A DNA stretch of 64,000 nt. Source: the human T2T-CHM13v2.0 reference genome, Homo sapiens. Under the pieces are notes generated by a model. That model ran no database searches and was not told the DNA's origin. It saw only the letters and a program-made list of their open reading frames with translations. The position numbers and the translations under genes are program-made. The DNA lies in assembly GCF_009914755.1 (NCBI RefSeq), contig NC_060927.1. The stretch is one strand, 5' to 3'. This document shows, one piece after another, positions 14,857-30,438 of the stretch (within the stretch, counting starts at the first letter, position 1; the number at the start of each line of letters is the position of its first letter).

Positions 14857-15889
14857 GGGGGAGGAGCCAAGATGGCCGAATAGGAACAGCTCCGGTCTAC
14901 AGCTCCCAGCGTGAGCCACGCAGAAGAGGGGTGATTTCTGCATTTCCATCTGAGGTACTTGGTTCATCTCACTAGGGAGTGCCAGACAGTGGGCGCAGGT
15001 CAGTGGGTGCAGCGCACCATGCACAAGCCGAAGCAGGGCGAGGCATTGCCTCACTCGGGAAGCGCAAGGGGTCAGGGAGTTCCCTTTCCTAGTCAAAGAA
15101 AGGGGTGACGGATGACACCTGGAAAATTGGGTCACTCCCACCCAATACTGCGCTTTTCCGATGGGCTTAAAAAACGGCACACCAGGAGATTATATCCCCC
15201 ACATGGCTCAGAGGGTCCTACGCCCATGAAGTCTCGCTGATTGCTAGCACAGCAGTCTGAGATCAAACTGCAAGGCGGCAGCGAGGCTGGGGAAGGGGCG
15301 CCCGCCATTGCCCAGGCTTGCTTAGGTAAACAAAGCAGCTGGAAAGCTCCAACTGGGTGGAACCCACCACAGCTCAAGGAGGCCTGCCTGCCTCTGTAGG
15401 CTCCACCTCTGGGGGCAGGGCACAGACAAACAAAAAGACAGCAGTAACCTCTGCAGACTTAAATGTCCCTGTCTGACAGCTTTGAAGAGAGCAGTGGTTC
15501 CCCCAGCACGCAGCTGGAGATCTGAGAACGGGCAGACTGCCTCCTCAAGTGGGTCCCTGACCTCTGACCCCTGAGCAGCCTAACTGGGAGGCACCCCCAA
15601 GTAGGGGCAAACTGACACCTCACACGGCTGGGTACTCCTCTGAGACAAAACTTGCAGAGGAACGATCAGATAGCAGCATTCGTGGTTCACGAAAAACCAC
15701 TGTTCTGCAAACACCTCTGCTGATACCCAGGCAAACAGGGTCTGGAGTGGACCTCTAGCAAACTCCAACAGACCTGCAGCTGAGGGTCCTGTCTGTCAGA
15801 AGGAAAACTAAAACAGAAAGGACATCCACACCAAAAACCCATCTGTACATCACCATCATCAAAGACCAAAAGTAGATACAACCACAAAG
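14857..15889. promoter_or_regulatory. L1 5'UTR with internal sense promoter (YY1 site GCCAAGATGGCC) and antisense promoter
   Basis: 1033-bp 5'UTR with the YY1 motif near the 5' end; promoter activity inferred from the family, not shown here. Confidence 0.7.
15132..15308 (-). CDS. L1 ORF0 homologue, 58 aa, frameshifted at the C-terminus
   Basis: MAGAPSPASLPPCSLISDCCASNQRDFMGVGPSEP...SEKRSIGWE* matches the primate ORF0 N-terminus; shorter than the ~71-aa canonical form. Confidence 0.65.
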   Translation of the reverse strand: MAGAPSPASLPPCSLISDCCASNQRDFMGVGPSEPCGGYNLLVCRFLSPSEKRSIGWE

Positions 15890-16894
15890 ATGGGGAAAAA
15901 ACAGAGCAGAAAAACTGGAAACTCTAAAAAGCAGAGCACCTCTCCTCCTCCAAAGGATCACAGTTCCTCACCAGCAATGGAACAAAGCTGGACGGAGAGT
16001 GACTTTGACGAGTTGAGAGAAGAAGGCTTCAGACAATCAAACTACGAGCTACAGGAGGAAATTCAAACCAAAGGCAAAGAAGTTAAAAACTTTGAAAAAA
16101 ATTTAGACAAATGTATAATTAGAACAACCAATACAGAGAAGTGCTTAAAGGAGCTGATGGAGCTGAAAGCCAAGGCACGAGAACTATGTGTAGAATGCAG
16201 AAGCCTCAGGAGCCGATGCGATCAGCTGGAAGAAAGGGTATCAGTGATGGAAGATGAAATGAAGCGAGAAGGGAAGTTTAGAGAAAAAAGAATAAAAAGA
16301 AACGAACAAAGCCTCCAAGAAATATGGGACTATGGGAAAAGACCAAATCTACGTCTGATTGGTGTACTTGAAAGTGACGGGGAGAATGGAACCAAGTTGG
16401 AAAACACTCTGCAGGATATTATCCAGGAGAACTTCCCCAATCTAGCAAGGCAGGCCAACATTCAGATTCAGGAAATACAGAGAATGCCACAAAGATACTC
16501 CTCGAGAAGAGCAACTCCAAGACACATAATTGTCAGATTCACCAAAGTTGAAATGAAGGAAAAAATGTTAAGGGCAGCCAGAGAGAAAGGTCGGGTTACC
16601 CACAAAGGGAAGCCCATCAGACTAACAGCTGAGCTCTCGGCAGAAACTCTACAAGCCAGAAGAGAGTGGGGGCCAATATTCAACATTCTTAAAGAAAAGA
16701 ATTTTCAACCCAGAATTTCATATCCAGGCAAACTAAGCTTCAGAAGTGAAGGAGAAATAAAACACTTTACAGACAAACAAATGCTGAGCAATTTTGTCAC
16801 CACCAGGCCTGCCCTAAAAGAGCTCCTGAAGGAAGCACTAAACATGGAAAGGAACAACCAGTACCAGCCGCTGCAAAATCATGCCAAAATGTAA
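15890..16894 (+). CDS. L1 ORF1p (RNA-binding chaperone), open, 334 aa
   Basis: MGKKQSRKTGNSK...QNHAKM; REKG and ARR motifs kept; two small in-frame deletions versus the 338-aa L1HS ORF1p. Confidence 0.9.
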   Translation: MGKKQSRKTGNSKKQSTSPPPKDHSSSPAMEQSWTESDFDELREEGFRQSNYELQEEIQTKGKEVKNFEKNLDKCIIRTTNTEKCLKELMELKAKARELCVECRSLRSRCDQLEERVSVMEDEMKREGKFREKRIKRNEQSLQEIWDYGKRPNLRLIGVLESDGENGTKLENTLQDIIQENFPNLARQANIQIQEIQRMPQRYSSRRATPRHIIVRFTKVEMKEKMLRAAREKGRVTHKGKPIRLTAELSAETLQARREWGPIFNILKEKNFQPRISYPGKLSFRSEGEIKHFTDKQMLSNFVTTRPALKELLKEALNMERNNQYQPLQNHAKM

Positions 16895-16957
16895 AGACCA
16901 TGGAGACTAGGAAGAAACTGCATCAAGTAATGAGCAAAATAACCAGCTAACATCATA

Positions 16958-20785
<3,828 letters not shown>

Positions 20786-21997
20786 CAGTGAGAACACATG
20801 GACACAGGAGGGGGAACATCACACTCTGGGGACTGTTGTGGGGTGGGGGGAGGGGGGAAGGATAGCATTGGGAGATATACCTAATGCCAGATGATGAGTT
20901 AGTGGGTGCAGTGCACCAGCATGTCACATGTATACATATGTAACTAACCTGCACATTGTGCACATGTACCCTAAAACTTAAAGTATAATAATTAAAAAAA
21001 AAAAAAAAAGAAAAATGCCTGATTTCCCCTGAGGAAGAGGACCTTTTGCCAGCAAACTGCCTTTGGACTTGAGCTGCAACATCAACTCCTCCTTGAGTTT
21101 CCAGCCTGCCAGCTTACCATGCAGATTCACCAGCTTCCACAATCACACCAGCCAATTCCTTTCAGAAAATCAATCAATCAATCAATCAATTCCCCTCCCC
21201 TGTTGTTTTATTTCTCTGGAGAACAGAGGGAAACAAGTAGAAGGCCTGAATAATATAGGCTTTAATTCCATTTAGTTTAACTCAATTCAATTCAACTTAA
21301 TTCATAGACATTTGTTGAGCTTCTACCATCTGTCAGACATTGCTCTAAATCCTGGCGATACAGAGGAAAATAACACATGAATCTTGACCTCAAGAAGCTC
21401 ACAGTCTAGTGGGAGACCCTAAAAAGTAAGCAGACAATTATTGTACATTCTAATGGGGTAAGGGCTATGGTATATAAGCACAGGCTTCCAAACACGGCAG
21501 ACAAAGCAAAAACCCTACATGTGGTATTGAAACAATATCTCTACTGCCCATCAGGGGAGCCATTCTGTAAAGTGCAAATAGGCAGGTGTTCCCAGATACA
21601 TAGCTATTAAGTCTTCGTCATGAACAAGGGAGGCTACTGGTGATAAAATAATGAATAAACCATTATTTAGGGGTTCCAGGGACTTAAAGTGACTCTCTAG
21701 TTAGAGTCACTGTGTATGTCTATACACAGACACATATGCACACACAACTATCAGGCAAGAATGAGATGAATATTAACCAAGTACAAAGGTCTTTGGGAAT
21801 CAGGGTAAGGAGTAAAACATTTATGTAGGCCTCTGTTTAAATCTACCCAGAGACAGAGCATTAGATAATGTTCCTTGTGAGACTTTACTAAAACGGTAAA
21901 ATTTTTTTCTTTTAAAAAAAGAAGGAAGAAACGAAGGGACTATTGCAATCACTTTCAAAACCTTCATATTTTTCATGGTGTAGGTGAAGTGACTTAC

Positions 21998-22429
21998 TGG
22001 TAAAGATTCTTTCCTCAAACAAACCTTAGTTAGACAGGCTCCTCTGAACCCCTTTTTCTATGAGGCCTTGTCTTCAAGAGCCCAGTTGTAGCAAGAACCC
22101 TGCTAGCCAGTTTAGTGAGAGTCCCCTACCCTCTACATCTGATCGCCCTCCATATCTGATCAAATTCCTCATACCCTGCCATCTCCCAGGTGGTATCTCA
22201 TCACCCTGGCCTGCTTTCAGCAAGAATTTTGTTAGGTCAGGGTAGCAAGAATTCCCCCTACCCTTGGTGTCTCTTCTTAGTAATTTCCCCCCACCCTGCT
22301 CCTTGACTATAAATCCCCAACTGTCTCTGCTGTATTTCGAACTAAGCCTGAGCTCTCTTTCCTACTGTGATAGTCTTGAACAAAGTCTTCCTTACTGCTT
22401 TAACATTTGTCATGAATAATTTTTTAACA
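21998..22429 (+). mobile_element. Solo ERV1-class LTR, MER31 family
   Basis: TG...CA ends; 4-bp TSD TTAC (21994-21997, 22430-22433); CAGGCTCCTCTGAACCC and CAGCAAGAAT motifs. Confidence 0.75.
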
Positions 22430-23366
22430 TTACTCAAAGTTTAAACTAGATGTATGAACATGGTTTCTTGTTTTCTTTCTATTACAAAATTATCCCTTTG
22501 TAATACTATGATCACCTTTCTTAAATTTGTGAAAATTGGTGTCAGCCTACTTATCTTACCTTTAGAAAGATTTCTGTGCATGTTTGAACTAATAAAATTG
22601 TGACATGTACAAAATTTTCTGCCATCTTCTACTTTTAGCTATGATGTGGTTATAGGGATTGGATTTACCCTACTACCACAAACAATTTAAAAAACAGGCA
22701 CAATTAATGAAACCACCATTTTTGCACAGGGGGCAATAGGTGGTATAGGACTGTCATCACTGAGAAAAAGAAAACAAACTGAACGCTATTCTCTCAGCTT
22801 TCTTCTTGGAGGTATGCTAGACTGTGGAACAGCGAGAGTGATTAAGGCAGAGCAATGCAGTGTCACTGAGTTGCAAAAACAAGAAAAAGACTACAAAGGG
22901 GCCAAGGCTGCTGGAAGTTGCAGAGTTCTAATTAGGATAGAACTGTCCAGGCAGAGTTCAGAAATCTGCTCACAGTACCTCTGAATCCTTGCTGAACACT
23001 ATGGTGTGTATGCATGAGACCAAGAAAAGAGCATCTGAGGTGCTGTAACCAGGAGATCTGGGGAGCTACCACTGTTCATGAAGGCTGGGACTCATTCAGG
23101 TTCCCAAAAGCCATAGAGAGTCCTTAGTGATCGCTTGGAGCATTCAGTAAAGGCCCCAGACGGGTGGCACTTTGGTAGAGCTAAATAATGCATTGAATAA
23201 AGGCTATTCTAGACCATCCTAACAAATCTTAAACAATATTTGAAAGGAACAATTCAAACTTCAGTAATTTAACTACATAACCACAGAAGTTGATAAACGT
23301 TCTGTAGAGGGCCAGATAAGAAATATTTTAGGCTTTGTGGGACATATACAGTTTCTGTTGCATGTT

Positions 23367-23582
23367 CTTTTTTATTTTATTATTATTTTTTATGAGACAG
23401 AGTCTCACTCTGCCACCCAGGCTGGAGTGCAGTGGTTCGATCTTGGCTCACTGCAACCTCTGCCTCCCAGGTTGAAGTGATTCTCTTGCCTCAGCTTCCC
23501 GAGCTCGAACTCCTGACCTAGCGATCCACCCACCTCAGCCTCCCAAAGTACTGGGATTATAGGCATGAGCCACCGTGCCCGG
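23367..23582 (-). mobile_element. Alu with a central deletion
   Basis: Arms fused at CCCGAG|CTCGAACTCC; TSD CATGTTCTTTTT on both sides. Confidence 0.85.
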
Positions 23583-23606
23583 ATACATGTTCTTTTTAAG
23601 GCAACT

Positions 23607-23905
<299 letters not shown>

Positions 23906-24740
23906 AAAACTACTCTTTTTAAAAATATAAAAAACATTCTTAGTTCATGGGATGGACCAAAGACATCGTGGGGCTGGATTTGGCCCACAGGTGTTTGTTG
24001 ACCCCTGAACTAGCAGGACAGAACTCAACAATCTTTATAGGAAAATGAAATCTAACTCATCAACAATGTGATATTCACAATGTCCAGTATCCAATCAGAC
24101 ATTATTAGACATGCCAAAAAGCAGGAAATTATCATGTATAACTAAAAGTAAAATCAGTCAATAGAAACAGATCCAGAAATGATGGAATTAGTAGTCACTA
24201 ATTTTAAAACAGTTATTATAACTGTGTTCAACTATTTAAAAGAAAATATTAGCAGATTAAAAAGAGAAATAGGATACACAAAAAGAACCAAACAAATTTT
24301 TTAGAGATGAAATACACAATTACTAAAATTAAAATGGGAAAGGGATTTGTAGCAGATTAGACAATACAAAAGAAGAAATCAACAAATGTAAAGATAGCAA
24401 CAGAAACTACCCAAACTGATGCAAGGAGATACCACGGCTTAAAAAATAATTAACAAAGTATCAATTACATTATATTACATTAGCATCACATTAGGCAATC
24501 TAATATATGTGCAACTGAAATCCTGGGTGGGGTGAAATAATATTTGAAGAAATAATAACCAAAAATATTCCTAAATTGAGGAAAACAGTAAACCCACAGA
24601 TCTAAATCCAAAGAGCTCAATGAACTGTAAGCTGGATAATCAATCTGAGAGTTAAAGAATCAAATAACAAGAACTTTAAGCCTAGCACTTCATAAATGGC
24701 AAATTATCTGGGTTCCAAATAGAACACATTGGTCTTTTAC

Positions 24741-24885
24741 CTTATCAGGTCTTAAACACCGAAGAATTATTATTTTCTGTAGTTCATTTAGGTTCTTATC
24801 CATTGGTGCTGGAAATTTAGCATTATGTGGCTCTTTACTGTCATAGATTTCTCGCCATTCATATATATGTTCACAAAAATGTTGC
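24741..24885 (-). CDS. DNAH12: Dynein heavy chain exon, AAA5 small domain/extension (145 bp)
   Basis: AG at 24886-24887; donor AAG|GTAAAA; (R)QHFCEHIYEWREIYDSKEPHNAKFPAPMDKNLNELQKIIILRCLRPDK; phase 2-0. Confidence 0.95.
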
Positions 24886-25057
24886 CTAATAGAAAAAAGC
24901 TTAAGAATTATTCTTTTTATTGGGAAAAACTTAAAAGAGATTGTTGAACAAGGAGTAGAAACCAGACAGCTATTTAAAACCATTTAAAAATCACTAAATT
25001 GAAGAACAAGTTTACATATTGCCATTCAATGATAAATCATCGAATTTAAACAATCAC

Positions 25058-25216
25058 CTGAGTCCTCTGAAGGCAGGAAATTCACTTGCCCGACAGATTT
25101 CCTCCCAGCTTTTGTCCTGTAGCCAAGTTGGATCAGGATTTTTCTCAGCACTTTTAAGACTTACTCCTCCAGTTAAAAGAAACATCAGTTCCTGGTATTC
25201 AATCTCTTTCCTTGCC
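25058..25216 (-). CDS. DNAH12: Dynein heavy chain exon (159 bp)
   Basis: AG at 25217-25218; donor AG|GTGATT; (L)ARKEIEYQELMFLLTGGVSLKSAEKNPDPTWLQDKSWEEICRASEFPAFRGL(R); phase 2-2. Confidence 0.93.
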
Positions 25217-25700
25217 CTGTATTCCCAAAATAAGGACTGTTATATAATTGTTGATTTTAAAATTGAATGATGTCAACTTCCGCTTTTGTAACCTGGATAG
25301 AACAACTTAGACTGTACTTACCCACCTGCTGTAAACAACTAGAAAACTGGACAAAATTAATGAAACAACTGTTTTTTTGAAATTGTTCAATAGCCAGTGC
25401 AGGACTGTGGCCTCTGAGAGAAGAGAGGTGAATAAGGTGATCCCCGTTCCTCAGCAGGCTGCCTGGCACTTTCTAGACTACAGAGCAGGGAGGTGTGATC
25501 AGAATCAGAGCTCTGCAGTATTGCTGAATTGAGGAAACCGGCATTAAGTTCTCCTCAACAGTATTGCTGAGTTGAGGACATCAGCATTAGGGAAAGCTTA
25601 GGTGACTGGAGTTTGTGAGCAGAGGAGGAAGATGAATGGAAAAGGTGAATGAATGTCTTAAAAATCTACAGAGGTGCTCTCTTGGTTCTACTGATAAATA

Positions 25701-26021
25701 CAGCCAGGCATTGCTCATAGAATTCTTAGTCACGCATTCTAAGAAGTGTGTTGTTAGGCGATTTCATCATTGTGTGAACATCATAACGTGTACTTACACA
25801 AATCTAGATGGTGTATATGGTATAGCCTGTTGCTCCTAGGCTATAAATCTGTACAGCATATTACTGTACTGAATACAGTAAGCAGCTGTAACATAATGGC
25901 ATGTATTTGTGTATCTAAACGTAGAAAAGAACAGTAAAAATATGGTATTATAATCTTATGGCACCGCTGTTGCATATGCAGTTTGTTGCTGACTGAAACA
26001 TTGTTATGTGGCACATGACTG
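25701..26021. mobile_element. Tigger3/MER7-type TcMar element inside an old L1M 5' region
   Basis: TA-CAG...ATGACTG-TA ends; GTTAGGCGATTTCATCATTGTG.GAACATCATA..GTGTACTTACACAAA motif. Confidence 0.8.
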
Positions 26022-27500
26022 TACTAAGAGATGCATCAGTAAGGTAAAATTCCAGGAAGCCAGCAAAAGAACATCTAAGGGGCTGTAAACTGAAAGCTCC
26101 CAGAGATCACACAAGACTAAGAAATATAAGTTATTGCCAACCAGAGTTGAGTCTTTGTTCAGCACCAGAGGAATTCAGGTCTCCTTAGTGGTGAAGCTAA
26201 CATAGCCTTAGAGTAAAGGTTACTCTAAAACTACTGTAAGAAAGCTTAAACACAAGTCGTCTTCTTTTTTTTAAGAGATGGCGAACTGCTCTGTCATCCA
26301 GCCTGGAAGTGCAGTGGCACAATCATAGTTCACTGCAGCCTCAAACTTCTGAGCTTAAGTAATCCTCCTGACTTAGCCTTCTGAGTAGCTGAGATTAGAG
26401 GTGTGGGCCACTGCACCTAGAATAAGTCTTGAAAAGATCAAACTAATCCAGTAGCAATTTAACTACCTAAAAGAGTGAAGTCTAAAGCTCTTTAAAGGAA
26501 TACAAAATGTCCAGCATTTACCAATATAAAATTCACAGCATCCATAACCAGGAAAAAAATTGGTCTTAGATGTAGATGTAGATGTGAAAGAGATAATTTA
26601 ACTAGCCAGTAAGAATGTTAAAGTAGTTATCATAAACATGCTGAAGGAGTTAAAGCAAAGTATGAACATAATAGAAGAAATAGGCAATATTAAATAGACC
26701 AAACACAACTCCTAAAAATAAAAATACATAATCTGTTATAGGAATAGAAAAAAACCTAAAGATAAAAATATAAAAATTGAGATATTTACTTATTTCTTTT
26801 CCAGATGTATAGATATTGAAAAGATTCATTACAAGTAGACCTACACTACAAGATATCTTAGGGGAAGTTTCAGATAATTGGAACTCTGGATCTACACCAA
26901 AGAATAAAGAACAATAGAAATGGTAACTTTGTAGGTAAACATAAAAGATTTTTTTAAAAAATCATTAATATTTAAGTGTCTGTAAAAGATAATGTCAGGA
27001 ATTTGGAAGTCATCACTCACATCCTCACAATAAGAAAAAAGCTGAACAAACTGAAAATCAGCAACTTTTCTTAGATGCATCAGAGGACTGAGGTCATATG
27101 GCTAACTCACTACCTCCCAACTGGTAAGAGACAGATAAATACAGAGAATCCTAAATTACTTGAGCAGAAGCTCAGGTTATTATCAATAATAACCTTGCAT
27201 GTAAACAAATTAAATCCCCCAATTAAAATATATAAACTGGCTAAATGAATAAAAAACACCCAACTATATGCTGCCTACATGAAACTCACCTCACCTGAAA
27301 AGACAGAGACTGACAGTAACAGGATGAAAAGAGATATTCCACACCAATGAAAACTAAAAGGAAGTAGGAGTAGCTATATTTACATCAGAAAAAAACAGAC
27401 TTTAAGTTAAAAAGTACCAAGAGACAAATAATAACATTATATAATAATAAGGGAATCAATTCAGCAAGAGAATATAACAATTATAAAAATACATGCACCT

Positions 27501-27942
<442 letters not shown>

Positions 27943-28280
27943 TATATATATGTGTGTATATATATATATGCATCCAACACCAGAGCACCCAGATATATAA
28001 AGCAATTATTATTAGATCTAAAGGCAGAGGTACACCCCAATACAACAACAGTTGGAGACTTCAACACCCTACTCTTAGCATTGGACAGATCATCTAGACA
28101 GAAAGTCAACAAAGAAACTGCAAATTTAAACTGTACCATAGACCAAAAAGACCTAGAAGACATTTACAGAACATTTCATAGTACTTGCAGAATACACATT
28201 CTCTTCATCAGCACATAAAACATTCTCCCGGATTGGCCATATGTTAGGACACAAAAAAGAAACCTTAAAAAATTGTTTCG

Positions 28281-29680
28281 CTCTCCCTCTCTCCCTCTTC
28301 TCTCTCTTTCCACGGTCTCCCTCTGTTGCTGAGGCTGGACTGTACTGCCGTGATCTTGGCTCGCTGCAACCTCCCTGCCTCGGGCTCCCGTGATTCTCCT
28401 GCCTCGGCCTGCCGAGTGCCTGGGATTGCAGGCACGCGACGCCATGCCTGACTGGTTTTTGTATTTTTGGTGGAGACGGGTTTTGCTGTGTTGGCCGGGC
28501 TGGTCTCCAGCTCCTGACCTCGAGTGATCTGCCCGCCTCGGCCTCCCGAGGTGCTGGGATTGCAGACGGAGTCTCGGTCACTTAGTGCTCAATGTTGCCC
28601 AGGCTGGAGTGCAGTGGCGTGATCTCCGCCCGGCTGCCCTGTCTGGGATGTGAGGAGCGCCTCTGCCCGGCCGCCACACTGTCTAGGAAGTGAGGAGCAT
28701 CTCTGCCTGGCCGCCCATCATCTGGGATGTGGGGAGCGCCTTTGCCCGGCCGCCCCGTCTGGGAGGTGAGGAGTGCCTCTGCCCGGCCGCCCTGTCTGGG
28801 AGGTGAGGAGCGTCTCTGCCCGGCCGCCACCTCATCTAGGAAGTGAGGAGCGCCTCTGCCCGGCCACCACCCCGTCTGGGATGTGAAGAGCATCTCTGCC
28901 TGGCCGCCCCGTCTAGAAAGTGAGGAGCGCCTCTGCCCGGCCACCCCGTCTGGGAAGTGAGGAGCGCCTCTGCCCGGCCGCCCCATCTTGGGGGTGAGGA
29001 GCGCCTCTGCCCGGCCACCCATTGTCTGGGATGTGAGGAGCGCCTCTGCCCAGCCACCCCGTCTGGGAAGTGAGGAGCACCTCTGCCTGGCCGCTGTGCA
29101 ATCTTCCAAGTGTGAAGTGACAGCCTTTCTGCAGGTGTACCCAACAGCTCCGAAGAGACAACGACCATTGAGAATGGGCCATGGTGACGATGGCGGTTTT
29201 GTCGAAAAGAAAAGGGGGAAATGTAGGGAAAAGAAAGAGAGATCAGATTGTTACTGTGTCTGTGTAGAAAGAAGTAGACATAGGAGACTCCATTTTGTTC
29301 TGTACTAAGAAAAATTCTTCTGCCTTGGGCTGCTGTTAATCTATAACCTTACCCCCAACCCCGTGCTCTCTGAAACATGTGCTGTGTCAACTCAGGGTTA
29401 AATGGATTAAGGGCGGTGCAAGATGTGCTTTGTTAAACAGATGCTTGAAGGCAGCATGCTCGTTAAGAGTCATCACCACTCCCTTATCTCAAGTACCCAG
29501 GGACACAAACACTGCGGAAGGCCGCAGGGTCCTCTGCCTAGGAAAACCAGAGACCTTTGTTCACGTGTTTATCTGCTGACCTTCTCTCCACTATTATCCT
29601 ATGACCCTGCCACATCCCCCTCTCCGAGAAACACCCAAGAATGATCAATAAATACTAAAAAAAAAAAAAAAAGAAAGAAA
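28281..29680 (+). mobile_element. SVA retrotransposon, SVA_A-like
   Basis: Short CT-rich head; antisense Alu-like region with CTCCCTGCCTCGGGCTCCCG; VNTR; SINE-R; AATAAA at 29647-29652; polyA from 29657. Confidence 0.95.
28628..29095 (+). repeat. SVA GC-rich VNTR, about 12 units of 37-40 bp
   Basis: Unit TGAGGAGCGCCTCTGCCCGGCCGCC(A)CCCCGTCTGGGA(A/T)G. Confidence 0.95.
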
Positions 29681-30077
29681 GTTGATCTCATGAGAAAGAG
29701 TAGAACAGAGGCTGGGAGGGGTTGGCAGGATAAGGATAAACTTGTTAAAGGATACAAAAATTAAAGCTAGATAGGAGGAATAAGTTCTACTGTTCTGTAG
29801 CACTGTAAGATGACTATAGTTAATAATAATTTATTATATACTTTCAAATAGCTAGAAAAGAGGATTTTGAATGTTCCCAACACAAATCATAAAACTTTGA
29901 AAAAAAATTGTTTCAATTGAACTAATATTAAGTATCTTATCTGACCACAATGGAATAAAAGTATAAACCAATAACAAGAGGAACACTCAGAACTATACAA
30001 ATACGTGAAAACTAAACAACATGCTCCTGAGTGACCAATTGATTAAAAAAAGAAGTTAAGAGAGAAAGTAAAAAATA

Positions 30078-30438
<361 letters not shown>

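Noticed and set aside
25517-25589. ~31-bp near-tandem duplication (CAGTATTGCTGA.TTGAGGA.A.C.GCATTA)
   Set aside because: Ordinary small duplication inside a decayed L1; no sign of function
28628-29095. CRISPR-like periodic array
   Set aside because: Tandem SVA VNTR without unique spacers, in primate DNA with no cas genes
28153-29644. Overlapping GC-rich ORFs of up to 175 aa
   Set aside because: They are translations of the SVA Alu-like, VNTR and SINE-R regions; the periodic peptides mirror the VNTR
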